A stretch of 64,000 nucleotides of DNA from Nitrososphaeria archaeon. Lineage in GTDB: Archaea; Thermoproteota; Nitrososphaeria; Geothermarchaeales; JDFR-13. The position numbers and the translations under genes were made by a program. The stretch lies in contig JALWXN010000004.1 of assembly GCA_027078545.1 (NCBI GenBank), positions 608,001-672,000 on the forward strand, written 5' to 3'. Under the pieces are notes generated by a model. The model saw only the letters and a list, made by a program, of their open reading frames with translations, was not told the DNA's origin and did no database searches. This document shows, piece after piece, positions 19,439-28,155 of this stretch. Position 1 is the first letter of the stretch; each line of letters begins with the position of its first letter.

Positions 19439-20144
19439 CCCTCCCGATCCTCTCGTAGATCGGTAGTGCGAGGGTCATCCCTATCAATACCTGCATGATG
19501 TTGAAGGGCATCTCGACATATGCTCCTGGCCCATATCCCAGTATCGTGTATTGGGCGGTGAAGTAGCCTATTACCATGACCATCCCGCCGACTAGTATAG
19601 CCGCTATCTCGACCGCCCTCTCAGGCTTCCTAAGGTATAGGTAGAGTCCCCAGCCCAGTAGGAGGAGGGATACCAGTGGCCATACTATGTATGAGAACTC
19701 GACCATGTATATGGAGCCGAGTAGGCTCAGCTCTGCTGATCCCACGTAGAACTGTACCCCTATGAGGGTGATCATGAGTGAGGAGCCGCCTACGAGGATC
19801 ATCCCGAGGGGCCGGGATATCCTTGTCCTACGCAGCCTCTGGACGAGTAGGCCCACTATGAAGCCCTCCAGCCCCTTAACCACGAGGGTTATGGGGGCGT
19901 AGTGGGTGTATCCCAGGTATATGTCTGCTAGTGCAGAGCCTATGCCACCGGCTATGGCGCCTACTATAGGCCCCCCGGTGAGTGCCGCTAGGTATACCCC
20001 GAACTCCCCAATGTTGAAGAACCCAGCCGTGGCCTGGATATAGACGGATATGACTACCGTCGATATGAATACCAGTGTCGTCATGAGGGCTGAGTAGGAT
20101 ATTAGGAATACCTCTGTAGCCTTGATCCCCCTGCTGAGGGCCAA
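19422..20144 (-). CDS. ECF transporter S component
   Basis: GFFNIGE, GGIGSALADI, APITLVVKGLEG, MVIGYF..NIMQ. Confidence 0.85.
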   Translation of the reverse strand: MALSRGIKATEVFLISYSALMTTLVFISTVVISVYIQATAGFFNIGEFGVYLAALTGGPIVGAIAGGIGSALADIYLGYTHYAPITLVVKGLEGFIVGLLVQRLRRTRISRPLGMILVGGSSLMITLIGVQFYVGSAELSLLGSIYMVEFSYIVWPLVSLLLLGWGLYLYLRKPERAVEIAAILVGGMVMVIGYFTAQYTILGYGPGAYVEMPFNIMQVLIGMTLALPIYERIGRVIETP

Positions 20145-20200
20145 CCGGTATCACCTAATACCCAGCTATTCAGGATTGGTGGGGATAAAGCGTTGTATAG

Positions 20201-20206
20201 TTTTAA
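20201..20206 (+). promoter_or_regulatory. Putative TATA box for the H/ACA sRNA
   Basis: TTTTAA ~26-31 nt upstream of the basal stem. Confidence 0.45.
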
Positions 20207-20231
20207 CGGCTGGGTGTATAAATATCTCTAT

Positions 20232-20305
20232 GGCCCCCGACTCACACTCCCAAGAGCCCCCAGACCATTGGGGTCGATGACTGGGAGCCGGTCTTGGGGG
20301 CCACA
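20232..20305 (+). ncRNA. Box H/ACA pseudouridylation guide sRNA (single hairpin); predicted target 23S rRNA U2593 (E. coli numbering)
   Basis: Basal stem GGCCCCCGA(20232-40)/UUGGGGGCC(20294-302); pocket CUCACA / CCGGUC; upper stem CUCCCA/UGGGAG; K-turn (AGAG ... C-GAU-GA); apical CCCCA/UGGGG; ACA at 20303-05, 15 nt from top of pocket; intergenic. Confidence 0.85.
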
Positions 20306-20360
20306 AGGAGACCTATAGTTCTCGAGGAATAGTAATGTAAAAATGGATGGGTTTCAGGGG

Positions 20361-21065
20361 CTATATGAAGAAGGTCTTGGTCTCCCCGGGCTTTAGGATA
20401 ACTACCTTGGTTGAAGTGGCTGCCTCGACCTTCTCCTTGAACTCGTTGGGATCAGCCTTGATAAGGTCGAAGGTGTTGTAGTGCATCGGTATAACCGCCT
20501 CGGGCTTGATCAGCTTTACAGCCTCTACAGCCTCCGGTATACCCATTGTGAAGTGGCTTCCTATGGGTAGGAGTGCAAGCCTGACCTTGTAGAGCCTCCC
20601 TATAAGCTCCATCCCGGGGAATACCCCCGTGTCCCCAGCGTGGTATACGGAGAAGTTGGGGAACCTTATCACGAAGCCTGTAGGCGCGCCTATACCCATT
20701 GAGGAGTGTGTAGCCTCGACCTGTGTAATTAGTGTCTCGACCCCGTTCTTCTCGAACCTCCATGTACCACCTATATTCATCCCTATAAACTCCTTGGCGC
20801 CGCACTGCTCAGCTATATGGCTGGCCAGCTCGTAGATAGCGACTATCTTTGCCCCTGGATTATTCTTAAGTATCTCGCAGGAGTCCCCCACATGGTCCTG
20901 ATGGGCATGGGTGACCAGGAGTAGGTCTACATCCTTGATGTCGCCGGCCTTTATCGGGGAAGCCACTAGGAATGGGTCTATGACTATCCTCACCACGTCG
21001 TCATAGTTGAGTAGGAACGCCGCGTGGCCCAGCCATGTCACGTCGAGCTTCGCCATAGGCATCAC
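20361..21065 (-). CDS. Metallo-beta-lactamase-fold hydrolase (UPF0173-like)
   Basis: TWLGHA, IDPF, THAHQDH, YHAGDT, IPMHYNTF. Confidence 0.92.
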   Translation of the reverse strand: MMPMAKLDVTWLGHAAFLLNYDDVVRIVIDPFLVASPIKAGDIKDVDLLLVTHAHQDHVGDSCEILKNNPGAKIVAIYELASHIAEQCGAKEFIGMNIGGTWRFEKNGVETLITQVEATHSSMGIGAPTGFVIRFPNFSVYHAGDTGVFPGMELIGRLYKVRLALLPIGSHFTMGIPEAVEAVKLIKPEAVIPMHYNTFDLIKADPNEFKEKVEAATSTKVVILKPGETKTFFI

Positions 21066-21162
21066 CGCATTGATAAATTAAGTCGCAACCCATAAATTTT
21101 TAATGGGTCTCGGGAATCCTCCGCTGCGCGGGGCCCTACTCATATGGTACGGGTGGTAAGCC

Positions 21163-21621
21163 TTGGCAGATGTGATCTATGAGAGGTCTGCAGGGGCCGT
21201 CGTCTTCTATATGGATGGCTCGGGTAGGAGGGAGTACCTCCTCCTACACTACCCCTCGGGCCACTGGGACTTCCCCAAGGGGATTATCGAGGAGGGTGAG
21301 GAGGAGCTTGAGACCGCGTATAGGGAGGTGGAGGAGGAGACGGGTATACCGAGGGATAAGCTCGTCTTGATGCCCGGATTCTGGGAGGAGATCAGCTACC
21401 GCTTCTACAGCCACGGCAAAGTCGTTAGGAAGACCGTCGTCTTCTTCCTGATGAGGAGCCTTACCAAGGAGGTGAGGATCTCCTGGGAGCATAAGGGCTA
21501 TGTATGGCTCGAGTATCCCTACGCCGTTGAGAAGGCCACCTATAAGACGGCTAAGAACCTCCTCAAGAAGGCGGAGCTCCATGTGAGGAGGCTGATCAGC
21601 GAGGGTAGGATAGCTATATAG
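21163..21621 (+). CDS. Nudix hydrolase, Ap4A tetraphosphatase-like
   Basis: SAGAVV, HWDFPKGIIEEGE..TAYREVEEETG, SWEH. Confidence 0.9.
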   Translation: MADVIYERSAGAVVFYMDGSGRREYLLLHYPSGHWDFPKGIIEEGEEELETAYREVEEETGIPRDKLVLMPGFWEEISYRFYSHGKVVRKTVVFFLMRSLTKEVRISWEHKGYVWLEYPYAVEKATYKTAKNLLKKAELHVRRLISEGRIAI

Positions 21622-21710
21622 ATCAACGCCTCAAAACCGTCTATACCTCGGGCCATCCATATATACCGGGTTTAAACACTGGTTATATCCCCCCACCCCC
21701 CTAATCATAT

Positions 21711-22715
21711 GTGGGTGTACCTGGGAGTATGGTGCTCGTCGACCGTTTCAACAGGCCGGTAATCGGTGCCAGGATAAGCGTCAACAGCAGCTATAGATGC
21801 AACTACTCCTGTATATTCTGCCATAAGGAGGGTATACATGAGGAGCCCCGCTACATGACGCCTGAGGAGATCGAGAGGGTAGTCAGGGTCCTGAGACGCT
21901 TCGGGGTGAGGTATATTAAGATCACTGGCGGGGAGCCTATGCTGAGGAAGGATATCGTGGAGATCGTGGCTAGGATAAAGTCCACCGGTGTAGAGGAGAT
22001 ATCGATGACCACCACTGGCTTCAGGCTGGAGACCCTGGCCTGGGACCTTAAGGAGGCTGGTCTGGACAGGGTGAATATAAGCTTCCACAGCCTTAAGAGG
22101 GATAGGTACCAGTTCATAACCAAGATGGACCGTAGGGACGCCACCTTCAAGGCGGTGGAGGCCGCCCTGGATGCTGGGCTCCTCCCGATAAAGCTGAACA
22201 TGGTTATCCTGAAGGGTGTGAATGAGGATGAGGTCTGGGACATGATCGACTATAGCTACTCCCTAGGGGGTGGGGAGACGAATATCGTCCAGTTTATAGA
22301 GCTCCTCAACGTAGACCCCGTATTCTTCAAGCAGTACTTCTACCCCCTCGATAAGATAGAGGAGATGATTGCTCCAAGGGTGGTTAAGAAGTATAGGAGG
22401 AGCCTCCACAACAGGATGGTCTACGTCCTCGACAATGGGGTGAAGGTCGAGTTCGTCAAGCCTATGTGGAACAACGCCTTCTGCATGGGTAACGATAGGA
22501 TAAGAATTACCTATGATGGTAAGTTCAAGCCCTGCTTGATGAGGAGTGATAACCACGTCGACTTCATATCCTACATCAGGAAGGGGTATAGCGACGAGTA
22601 TATCGTGAGGCAGTTCCTAGAGGCGGTTAGGAATAGGGAGCCCTTCTTCAAGACGGATAGGGTGGAGGGCTTCGAGATCGGGGAGCATATTGATAGGAGT
22701 GTATGCCCCATTTAA
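21711..22715 (+). CDS. moaA: GTP 3',8-cyclase
   Basis: DRFNRP, CNYSCIFC, TGGEP, RIRITYDGKFKPCL; start may be 21729. Confidence 0.93.
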   Translation: MGVPGSMVLVDRFNRPVIGARISVNSSYRCNYSCIFCHKEGIHEEPRYMTPEEIERVVRVLRRFGVRYIKITGGEPMLRKDIVEIVARIKSTGVEEISMTTTGFRLETLAWDLKEAGLDRVNISFHSLKRDRYQFITKMDRRDATFKAVEAALDAGLLPIKLNMVILKGVNEDEVWDMIDYSYSLGGGETNIVQFIELLNVDPVFFKQYFYPLDKIEEMIAPRVVKKYRRSLHNRMVYVLDNGVKVEFVKPMWNNAFCMGNDRIRITYDGKFKPCLMRSDNHVDFISYIRKGYSDEYIVRQFLEAVRNREPFFKTDRVEGFEIGEHIDRSVCPI

Positions 22716-22721
22716 TGCCTG

Positions 22722-23972
22722 ATGAGGCGGGAGCGTAGAGGCTTCAAGAGATTCGAGTATGTGGATAAGGCGCTCGCCAAGCTCCTCGAGATCGTTAGGC
22801 CTATCGGGGAGGTTGAGGAGATACCCGTCTCCCAATCAGTGGGTAGGGTCTCCTCTAGGAATGTTGAGTCGCCCCTCGATATACCGCCCTTCGATAGGAG
22901 CGCTATGGACGGCTACGCCGTCAGGAGTAGTGACGTCTCATCAGCATCGCAGAACAACCCTATAAGGCTCCGCGTCGTCGGCTACAGCACTACTGGGAGG
23001 GGATATGATGGGGAGGTGGGCCCTGGACAGGCGGTGAGGATCGATACTGGTGCACCGATGCCCAGCGGAGCCGATGCAGTCGTCATGATAGAGTATGTCG
23101 AGGAGGGAGACGGCTACATCGATGTATACAAATCCGTGAGTAGGTATGAGAACGTCTCCCTCAAGGGTGAGGATCTCAAGACAGGTGATGTCGTCGTCCC
23201 CCGTGGAAGGATCATCTATCCGCAGGACCTGCCGGCCCTATACTCACTGGGTATAGATACTCTCGAGGTCTATAGGAGGCCGGTCGTGGGTATCGTTGCC
23301 TTCGGCTCCGAGTTGACGGAGGATAGGCCTGGCCCAGGGATGATAAGGGAGTCTAACAGGCCTTTCCTAAAGGGTTTCCTCCGTGAGGAGCCGGTGGAGA
23401 TCCTTGACATGGGTATTAAGCCCGACGAGTATGGGGTGGTTAGGGAGACACTCCTGGAGATGGCCTCCCGGTGCGACCTCATCGTCTCTACTGGTGGGAC
23501 GTCGCTTGGTGGGGACGACATAGTATCTAGGGTAGTCGAGGATATCGGCGAGATACATGTACATGGCGTGGCTCTACAGCCTAGTAAGCCTGTCTTGATA
23601 GCTGAGGTATCTGGGAAGCCATATCTAGGCCTACCCGGCTACCCAGTAGCGGTGGCTATATCCTCAGAGGTCTTCCTCCGCCCAGCCGTTCAGAGACTCG
23701 CTGGTGTAAGGGGTGTCTACGTCCCCCGTGTAGTTAAGGGTGTTCTCAGGAGGCGTGTCCCCTCAAAGCCTGGGCTACGACACTATGTAAGGGTTAGGGT
23801 GTGGAGGGAGGGGGATGACTATCTGGTTGAGCCTATCTATGCATCGGGAGCCGGGGTTACCTCTAGCCTGGCCTTGGGGGATGGATACCTAGTCGTGCCG
23901 GAGGAGGTGGAGGGCTTCGAGAAGGGTAGTGAGGTGGAGGTAATACTCTATAGGAGTGTGGTGACGGGATGA
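22722..23972 (+). CDS. moeA: Molybdopterin molybdo/tungstotransferase MoeA1
   Basis: PPFDRSAMDGYAV, TGAPMP, TGGTS, GLPGYP. Confidence 0.93.
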   Translation: MRRERRGFKRFEYVDKALAKLLEIVRPIGEVEEIPVSQSVGRVSSRNVESPLDIPPFDRSAMDGYAVRSSDVSSASQNNPIRLRVVGYSTTGRGYDGEVGPGQAVRIDTGAPMPSGADAVVMIEYVEEGDGYIDVYKSVSRYENVSLKGEDLKTGDVVVPRGRIIYPQDLPALYSLGIDTLEVYRRPVVGIVAFGSELTEDRPGPGMIRESNRPFLKGFLREEPVEILDMGIKPDEYGVVRETLLEMASRCDLIVSTGGTSLGGDDIVSRVVEDIGEIHVHGVALQPSKPVLIAEVSGKPYLGLPGYPVAVAISSEVFLRPAVQRLAGVRGVYVPRVVKGVLRRRVPSKPGLRHYVRVRVWREGDDYLVEPIYASGAGVTSSLALGDGYLVVPEEVEGFEKGSEVEVILYRSVVTG

Positions 23973-25930
23973 GTGGGCATGTATTCAAGAGGCTTATCCA
24001 TCCGGATGAGGCTAGGCAGATACTCCTCGATAGGCTCAGCCAGATAGACAGGAAAGTTGAGACCAGTATATGGGGGGCTGTAGGTAGGGTCTTGGCTGAG
24101 GATGTGGAGGCCCCTATAGACCTGCCTCCCTTCACGAGGAGCCTGAGGGATGGCTACGCCGTCAGGAGTATTGACATTGCCAGTGCGAGGGAGAACAACC
24201 CAGTGAGGCTCAGACTAGTCGGGAGTATCGAGGCTGGTGGCTGGCCGGATAGGGAGGTGGGGCCTGGAGAGGCTGTTAGGATAGCTACAGGGGCACCTAT
24301 ACCTCCTGGGGCGGACACGGTGGTTATGGAGGAGTATACAGAGCTGGAGGATGGCTACGTCCTCGTCTTCCACTACTCTCCCCCTGGGGAGTGGATACAG
24401 AACGCTGGTAGCGACGTCTCGATGGGAGAGGGTGTTCTGGAGGAGGGCACCCTACTCACCCCTAGGGAGATAGGTATCCTCTCCGGCCTAGGAATCACCC
24501 ATGTCAAGGTATATGACGGCTTGAAGGTCGCCGTGATAAGTAGTGGTGACGAGGTCATACCTCCCGGGGAGGAGCTGGGTGATGGACAGATATACGATGT
24601 GAATGGCCATGCAATCTCCGCTGCGCTGGTTAGGGATGGGTGTGAGCCACGATTCATAGGGGTCGCCAGGGACACGCCTGAGTCTATGGCCAGCCTGCTT
24701 GAGGAGGGTCTGGAGACCGGTGATGTAGTCGTATTCTCAGGGGCTACTAGCGTAGGTGTGAAGGACGTTCTCAGAGACGTTATAGAGTCTATAGGTGACA
24801 GCGAGATACTCTTCAACGGGCTTAGGATCAAGCCTGGGAAGCCTACGCTGGCAGCCCTGATAAGGGGTAAGCTATTCATCGGTCTACCTGGGTTCCCAGT
24901 CTCCAGCCTAATGGTCTATCTACATGTATTCTCACCGGTTATAAGGTGGGTGAATAGGCTCCCGATAGACACGGTTAGACGGGTGTCCACCATAGTTGGT
25001 GCCGCTATAGACAGTGTGTTTGGCGTCGAGCATCTACACCCGGTGATCCTTAAGGATACGGGTAATGGCTATATGGCCTACCCCATACAGACGGATAGTG
25101 GGGCGATAGCCACGCTCAGACTGGCCGATGGCTATGTGGTGATCCCGGAGAACCAGAACTACCTCGAGACCGGTGACGGGGCGGAGGCCTGGCTCATAGG
25201 TGAGTCGAGACCCTCCCACATAATATCCTTCAGTAGCCACAGCATTGTCTACGACACGTTGATGAGGCGTCTCCATAGGGATAGGGGGGTTAGGAGTAAG
25301 AGGATCTACGTTGGCTCCACATCAGCCCTGAAGAATTGTGCCGAGGGCTTCTCAGACATGGGTGTTATACACCTCCTCGACGAGGAGGGTGTCTACAACA
25401 TCAGCTATGTAGAGAGGTATGGGGCGGATAGGGTCGTCCTACATAGGGGGTTCATGAGGAGGATAGGATTCGTAGTCGCCAAGGGGAATCCAAAGGGTAT
25501 AGGTGGTTGGAGAGACCTCCTTAGGGAGGATGTGAGGTTCATCAACAGGAGTGTCGGGAGCGGTATAAGGGTCTACATAGATATGGAGCTTGGTAGGCTG
25601 GCCCGTGAGATGGGTATCACGCTTGATGAGCTTAGGAGCCGTATATTCGGCTACTCGGTGGAGGCTAGGACCCATTCAGCCGTTGTGAGGGCTGTGGAGA
25701 AGGGTCTCTACGACGTCGGCGTGGCTAGTGAGGTGGCTATACAGGGTAGGGCTGTCGACTTCATACCCCTTAGATGGGAGTATGTAGATATTATCTTCAA
25801 CGCCGAGAGGTATGGGAAGGGTGAGTATGACGTCGTCCTCGACTGGCTGGGCTCCGAGGAGGCTAGGAGGATTATAGAGGGCTTCCCAGGCGTGAGGCTC
25901 GACAAGGACTATCTTGAGAGGCTTATTTAG
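23969..25930 (+). CDS. moeA: MoeA2 fused to C-terminal PBP (substrate-binding) domain
   Basis: DGYAV, IKPGKP, GLPGFP; C-terminal VGS..GVIHLLD, FINRSVGSG, THSAV. Confidence 0.92.
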   Translation: MSGHVFKRLIHPDEARQILLDRLSQIDRKVETSIWGAVGRVLAEDVEAPIDLPPFTRSLRDGYAVRSIDIASARENNPVRLRLVGSIEAGGWPDREVGPGEAVRIATGAPIPPGADTVVMEEYTELEDGYVLVFHYSPPGEWIQNAGSDVSMGEGVLEEGTLLTPREIGILSGLGITHVKVYDGLKVAVISSGDEVIPPGEELGDGQIYDVNGHAISAALVRDGCEPRFIGVARDTPESMASLLEEGLETGDVVVFSGATSVGVKDVLRDVIESIGDSEILFNGLRIKPGKPTLAALIRGKLFIGLPGFPVSSLMVYLHVFSPVIRWVNRLPIDTVRRVSTIVGAAIDSVFGVEHLHPVILKDTGNGYMAYPIQTDSGAIATLRLADGYVVIPENQNYLETGDGAEAWLIGESRPSHIISFSSHSIVYDTLMRRLHRDRGVRSKRIYVGSTSALKNCAEGFSDMGVIHLLDEEGVYNISYVERYGADRVVLHRGFMRRIGFVVAKGNPKGIGGWRDLLREDVRFINRSVGSGIRVYIDMELGRLAREMGITLDELRSRIFGYSVEARTHSAVVRAVEKGLYDVGVASEVAIQGRAVDFIPLRWEYVDIIFNAERYGKGEYDVVLDWLGSEEARRIIEGFPGVRLDKDYLERLI

Positions 25931-25956
25931 ACTCTCTCCACATTTGAATAGGTGGT

Positions 25957-26496
25957 ATGAGGCGGGCCCCACTGATCGTCATGGGTGTACTGGTAGGCTT
26001 CCTATTCCTCTCCTTCCTAACACTTATCCGCCAGCCCCCACCCAACCTATGGGACGACACGGTTATAGCCATGGCGGGTGAGACTGAGTTCACCCTCGAC
26101 AAGTATCTGAGGGATAAGAGGGCAATTATACTCGTTGTATTCAAGCCTGGTAACGACTCTGCGGAGTGGGTGGAGAATATTACTAAGCAGTTCATGAATA
26201 TGAAGCTCCTATCCGAGATTGAAGGTGTGGGTGTAGTCTTCCTTGGTGTCGATGGGGACTATGCATGGTATAGGGAGTTCCTAGTAACTACTCCCCACGT
26301 ATTCCAGAGGGGGATCCTATGGATATGGACTGATAAGCAGTCCTACTTCAACTATGTGCAGGACGAGGATGGTGTAACCATATACTTCTACAAGAGGACT
26401 GAGACAGGCTTCGAGGAGGTCCGCTCCTTCACCAATCCTGATAAGGAGGTTTTGAAGAGGCGTATAGCGAACTTCCTTAGGGAGGAGGTGCTCTAG
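25957..26496 (+). CDS. Membrane-anchored hypothetical protein, possible Cys-less thioredoxin-like fold
   Basis: N-terminal TM; GGTGG RBS; alternating beta/alpha pattern. Confidence 0.55.
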   Translation: MRRAPLIVMGVLVGFLFLSFLTLIRQPPPNLWDDTVIAMAGETEFTLDKYLRDKRAIILVVFKPGNDSAEWVENITKQFMNMKLLSEIEGVGVVFLGVDGDYAWYREFLVTTPHVFQRGILWIWTDKQSYFNYVQDEDGVTIYFYKRTETGFEEVRSFTNPDKEVLKRRIANFLREEVL

Positions 26497-27410
26497 GGCC
26501 TTATAACCGTTCCGTGGCCCTCCCTAATCGCTTCTCCAGCCTTCTCGAGACTTGTTATGACGGCTGTCCCACCCGTCTTCTCTACATACTCCAATGCGGC
26601 CTCGATCTTCGGCTTTATACTACCCTCCTCGAAGCTGTATAGCTTGAGAAACTCCCTCATCTCCTCGGGGCTCGTCTCGGTTATCGGCTCCATATCGGGC
26701 TCCCCATAGTTGAGGTAGACATACTCCTCCCCAGTCAGTATGATGAACTTCTCCACGCCTAGTGAGGTGGCCAGGAGGCTACTCGCCCTATCCTTGTCTA
26801 TAACGGCGTCGACTGGGCGGAGCCTCTCGCCCTCCCTGGCTACGGGTATACCCCCGCCTCCACAGGCGACTACTATGTAGCCCTCCTCATAGGCCGTTCT
26901 TATAAGGGGTATCTCGACTATCTCGAGGGGCTCTGGGCTTGGGACTACTCTCCGCCAACCCTTCGAGGTCTTCTTGAAGGTCCATCCCAGCTCCATGTAT
27001 TCAACCGCCTCCTCGAAGCTGTAGGCCGGGCCTATAGGCTTTGATGGGTTCTTGAAGGCTGGGTCCTTGGGGTCGACCACTACATGTGTGACTACTGGGT
27101 AGATCCTCTCCCTACCCTCGGAGACGTTGTATAGGGCCATGCTGAGTATATGGCCTATCAATGCCTGGGTCTCAGCCACCGCTGCATATAATGGGTATGG
27201 AGGCACCTCCCTTGCTGAGTAGTACCTCAGGAGTGTCACCCCTACCTGGGTACCGTTTCCATGAGTGACGACTAGGTGGTCCTCCTCTGATATGGCTCTA
27301 TATATCCTCTCCATGGCCCTCAACGCATTCCTATACTGGTTCTCATAGGTAGGCTCCTCATCAGGCTGTAGAAGGGCGTTGCCACCTAGTGCCACTAGGT
27401 ATCGCGCCAT
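26493..27410 (-). CDS. arcC: Carbamate kinase
   Basis: ALGGNAL, THGNG.QVG, DPAF.NP.KPIGP, RRVVPSP, GGGGIP, VIDKD. Confidence 0.94.
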   Translation of the reverse strand: MARYLVALGGNALLQPDEEPTYENQYRNALRAMERIYRAISEEDHLVVTHGNGTQVGVTLLRYYSAREVPPYPLYAAVAETQALIGHILSMALYNVSEGRERIYPVVTHVVVDPKDPAFKNPSKPIGPAYSFEEAVEYMELGWTFKKTSKGWRRVVPSPEPLEIVEIPLIRTAYEEGYIVVACGGGGIPVAREGERLRPVDAVIDKDRASSLLATSLGVEKFIILTGEEYVYLNYGEPDMEPITETSPEEMREFLKLYSFEEGSIKPKIEAALEYVEKTGGTAVITSLEKAGEAIREGHGTVIRP

Positions 27411-27420
27411 AGTGACCGCC

Positions 27421-28107
27421 TCAGGCTGGGGAGAAGTATTTTAGGATGAGCAGGACTATTAAACCTGCGCTTGGTGCTAGGACGTTGTCGTCTATCGGGC
27501 CGAACTCGAAGTGCTCCGCTATGCTGGCGGCCAGCGCCGATACTACCCCCTCTAGGCCTAGGTAGTAATATGCTATAGGTGCTGATACGAGGAACATGGC
27601 TAGGTTTCCCAGCCAGTGCTTCGTCCTCCTCTTGAAGAAGTAGTTCCTAACAATGCCTGTAGCCGCGTCTCCGAAGGCCATAAAGGATATTATGACCATG
27701 CCGTGTACCAGGTCTCCCCAGATCAGGTATGAGACTAGGAATAGTAGGCCCCACATTATGCAGAAGTTGACGTCGTACATATTGGTCTCTACCTGGAACC
27801 AGTAGAGTATCTGCTTCTTGAGGTATGGGATCAGCACCAGTATGGCTAGGGCGAGGCCCATGAGGAATGGTAGGAGTGGCCCGCTATAGATGTATGGGAC
27901 TAGGAGGGCCACCACGCCGCCGGCGAAGATATGGATTATCTTCCTGTTGTAGTAACGCATCCTCATGTCCCCTACACGGTCCTTATACTTCTCGTAGAGC
28001 TTCTTAGTCACGAAGGATGTGATGAAGAGGACGTAGATCAGGAGGCCGATGGAGATCAGGATCTCCTCCATCGTTATGCTTAGGATCTCCATATAAGGAC
28101 TATTCAT
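27421..28107 (-). CDS. Dolichol/phytol kinase-like CTP-dependent membrane kinase
   Basis: RKIIH, FGDAATG, K..LG, DDN. Confidence 0.82.
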   Translation of the reverse strand: MNSPYMEILSITMEEILISIGLLIYVLFITSFVTKKLYEKYKDRVGDMRMRYYNRKIIHIFAGGVVALLVPYIYSGPLLPFLMGLALAILVLIPYLKKQILYWFQVETNMYDVNFCIMWGLLFLVSYLIWGDLVHGMVIISFMAFGDAATGIVRNYFFKRRTKHWLGNLAMFLVSAPIAYYYLGLEGVVSALAASIAEHFEFGPIDDNVLAPSAGLIVLLILKYFSPA

Positions 28108-28155
28108 GGACTCCGAATTAAATGGCCCTTACTACTGACTAGGAATTGCTTAGGC

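Noticed and set aside
20232-20305. Reading the hairpin as a tRNA, terminator, SECIS or riboswitch of the ECF gene
   Set aside because: There are no D/T arms. It lies upstream of the likely ECF promoter (TATA-like at ~20183-90 on the minus strand). The K-turn, ACA spacing and rRNA complementarity fit H/ACA far better.
21105-21136. 8-bp GC/GU hairpin upstream of the Nudix gene
   Set aside because: It relies on G-U pairs in GC-rich sequence, starts right at the TATA region, and has no ACA or K-turn.
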